DNA of 38,037 nucleotides. It comes from a virus (taxonomy: Duplodnaviria; Caudoviricetes). The DNA is taken from positions 1 through 38,037 of IMG/VR virus record IMGVR_UViG_3300025267_000047. One strand, 5' to 3'. Positions 36,813 to 38,037 of this stretch are shown here, one piece after another. The notes beneath the pieces were generated by a model, which did not search any database, was not told the DNA's origin, and saw nothing but the letters and a program-made list of their open reading frames with translations. How positions within the stretch are numbered: the stretch's first letter is position 1; every line of letters begins with the position of its first letter. Position numbers and translations under genes: made by a program.

Positions 36813-36874
36813 TACCATGCCCATATTCGAAATTCACCACCTCCACCACCTCCACCACCGGGCGCTCCGGCCGC

Positions 36875-36890
36875 TAAGGAAAAGATGATC
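36875..36890. repeat. intergenic conserved motif copy 4 (TAAGGAAAAGATGATC)
   Basis: Identical to copy 2; enclosed by ccgc/gcgg. Confidence 0.9.
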
Positions 36891-36914
36891 GGCGGAAGAG
36901 ATGGACCTTCGAGT

Positions 36915-36955
36915 AAAAGAAAATCCCCAGACTGCTGCCCGACAGTCCAGGGATT
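36915..36955 (-). terminator. intrinsic terminator
   Basis: aatccc..gactg/cagtc..gggatt stem with TTTTCTTTT tail on the - strand. Confidence 0.6.
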
Positions 36956-36985
36956 CATAAGGAGGTGATGTGGAAATGTTCTACA

Positions 36986-37174
36986 CTAAAGTACCTTAAC
37001 TAAAGGAACCGTTGTTGACATCTCTTCCATCTCCGTGATGACGATGTTGGTGGTATTGCCCATATCCTTGAGGCGATGGGTCATATCCTTATCGCCCCAA
37101 GACCAAAAGTCTGGGTGGACTTCATCATCATCCGTTGTAACGATACCAGTGATTGTGACCTTATACACTTTCAT
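36986..37174 (-). CDS. hypothetical protein
   Basis: 62 aa; MKVYKVTITGIV resembles the N-terminus of 20678..21277 (LYKVTLTGWV). Confidence 0.6.
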   Translation of the reverse strand: MKVYKVTITGIVTTDDDEVHPDFWSWGDKDMTHRLKDMGNTTNIVITEMEEMSTTVPLVKVL

Positions 37175-37418
37175 TCAGTTGACCTTCCTCCTGAAGCTTT
37201 GCACGGGCATCTTCTCGGTATTGATAGGCAACTTTTTCAATGTTGTAAAAGTTCCGTAGGGCTGGGTCATTGGCAAGATATCGCAGGTCTTCAAGGTCAG
37301 ATGGCTCTCGGAACCGAATGTCCTGTTCAGCGTCTAGGACACGTTCAGCAATGGACAGGGCTTTGCCTAAGATATATAGGTCGCGGGGTGTAAGTTCCAA
37401 TTTCATTCGATTGTTCAT
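37161..37418 (-). CDS. hypothetical protein
   Basis: ORF 37161..37538; ATG 37418 preferred (AAGGAG RBS). Confidence 0.6.
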   Translation of the reverse strand: MNNRMKLELTPRDLYILGKALSIAERVLDAEQDIRFREPSDLEDLRYLANDPALRNFYNIEKVAYQYREDARAKLQEEGQLNESV

Positions 37419-37429
37419 GGGTTCTCCTT

Positions 37430-37663
37430 TTATTCTTCTTCCCCGAAACTTAGGTGTCCGGGGCCATTCCCTTCTGGGTCTTGATTGACTTCGACAGTGT
37501 AGGTTTTCTTCCCTACTTTGATGGTAAAGGTAGGCCATAGTTCACCCTCACCGAGAGTGAGGTGGAAATTTGTGATTTTGCCTCCTACCAGTACGGAGTA
37601 GTATTCGGTTAAATACTCGACCTCCGCCTGCCGTCGTTGTTCTTGCTTGGTTGTCATGGGCAT
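37430..37663 (-). CDS. hypothetical phage protein
   Basis: 77 aa; QDPEGNGPGHL; AAGGAG RBS. Confidence 0.7.
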   Translation of the reverse strand: MPMTTKQEQRRQAEVEYLTEYYSVLVGGKITNFHLTLGEGELWPTFTIKVGKKTYTVEVNQDPEGNGPGHLSFGEEE

Positions 37664-37690
37664 TACTCCTTTGTTTTTTGACTTATAAGT

Positions 37691-37719
37691 ATGATAACAT
37701 AACCATAAGCATAAGTCAA
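37691..37719 (-). promoter_or_regulatory. sigma70-type promoter
   Basis: TTGACT-17-TATCAT with TGn extension. Confidence 0.7.
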
Positions 37720-37722
37720 GAC

Positions 37723-37995
37723 CTATAGGTTTTTGAATCCTTCGAGGTCTTTGTATGGAAGGGCGTTCCTGACCTTAATGATGAGGTTGAAGGCAAGGTT
37801 ACCTGTGCAGTCTGCGTTGGGGCATCGGTAGCTGTCACCACTGTCGTCAACGTAGTCCTCTCCGCAGTAGGGACAGTTCTCGTTGTTGTCGTGGATGGAG
37901 GAGACAGTGTCAAGTAGGTCTACAACAGCGTTGTGTAGGTCACGGACAGTTCCTTGGTCGAAGGTCAGTACTTTTGCTCGGTTCATGTCGGGCAC
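37723..37995 (-). CDS. zinc-ribbon hypothetical protein
   Basis: CPYC...CPNADC; AAGGAG RBS. Confidence 0.65.
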   Translation of the reverse strand: MPDMNRAKVLTFDQGTVRDLHNAVVDLLDTVSSIHDNNENCPYCGEDYVDDSGDSYRCPNADCTGNLAFNLIIKVRNALPYKDLEGFKNL

Positions 37996-38037
37996 TCCTT
38001 TAATTAATCTACTTCTATACTACTCCTATTCTTGGCC

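Noticed and set aside
33113-36890. Motif copies as a CRISPR array
   Set aside because: Copies are 0.9-1.6 kb apart with genes between them; no cas genes present
33113-36968. Motif read as RBS plus start codon (TAAGGA-aaag-ATG) for + strand peptides
   Set aside because: Downstream frames differ in length and sequence (MIELTV..., MICRSGRSQ*, MDPRHK..., MIGGRD...) and run through terminators
1-38037. Host assignment and alternative genetic code
   Set aside because: The sequence supports only a bacterial sigma70/Shine-Dalgarno host; genes tile well in the standard code with all three stop codons used

Overview
Fragment of a large tailed dsDNA phage genome; no host genes, integrase or tRNA are visible. 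A + strand block (1-17125) carries the packaging module: small terminase, large terminase and portal. About 12 kb of non-core genes follow the portal, including a 939-aa low-complexity protein, an 819-aa protein ending in a HipA/PI3-4-kinase-like domain followed by a separately promoted pair of acidic genes, a holin-like peptide, and a tRNA nucleotidyltransferase with an N-terminal extension. No capsid, prohead protease or tail gene is recognisable. A convergent - strand block (17118-38037) is an early/accessory region: HARP/SNF2 helicase, AT-hook proteins, three HTH/zinc-finger paralogs, a degenerate DndB/DGQHR protein, a SLOG protein, three C5 methyltransferase-like genes, GP88 and many small ORFs, driven by nine near-consensus sigma70-type promoters. 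Most notable: (i) short peptide motifs shared between the unrelated post-portal proteins, suggesting a virion-cargo tagging system; (ii) four copies of a 16-bp motif TAAGGAAAAGATGATC, each between a terminator and the next promoter and flanked by complementary arms; (iii) two intergenic multi-stem candidate RNAs (~30.53-30.73 kb and ~32.95-33.18 kb). Family assignments come from reading motifs by eye; no searches or folding programs were run.
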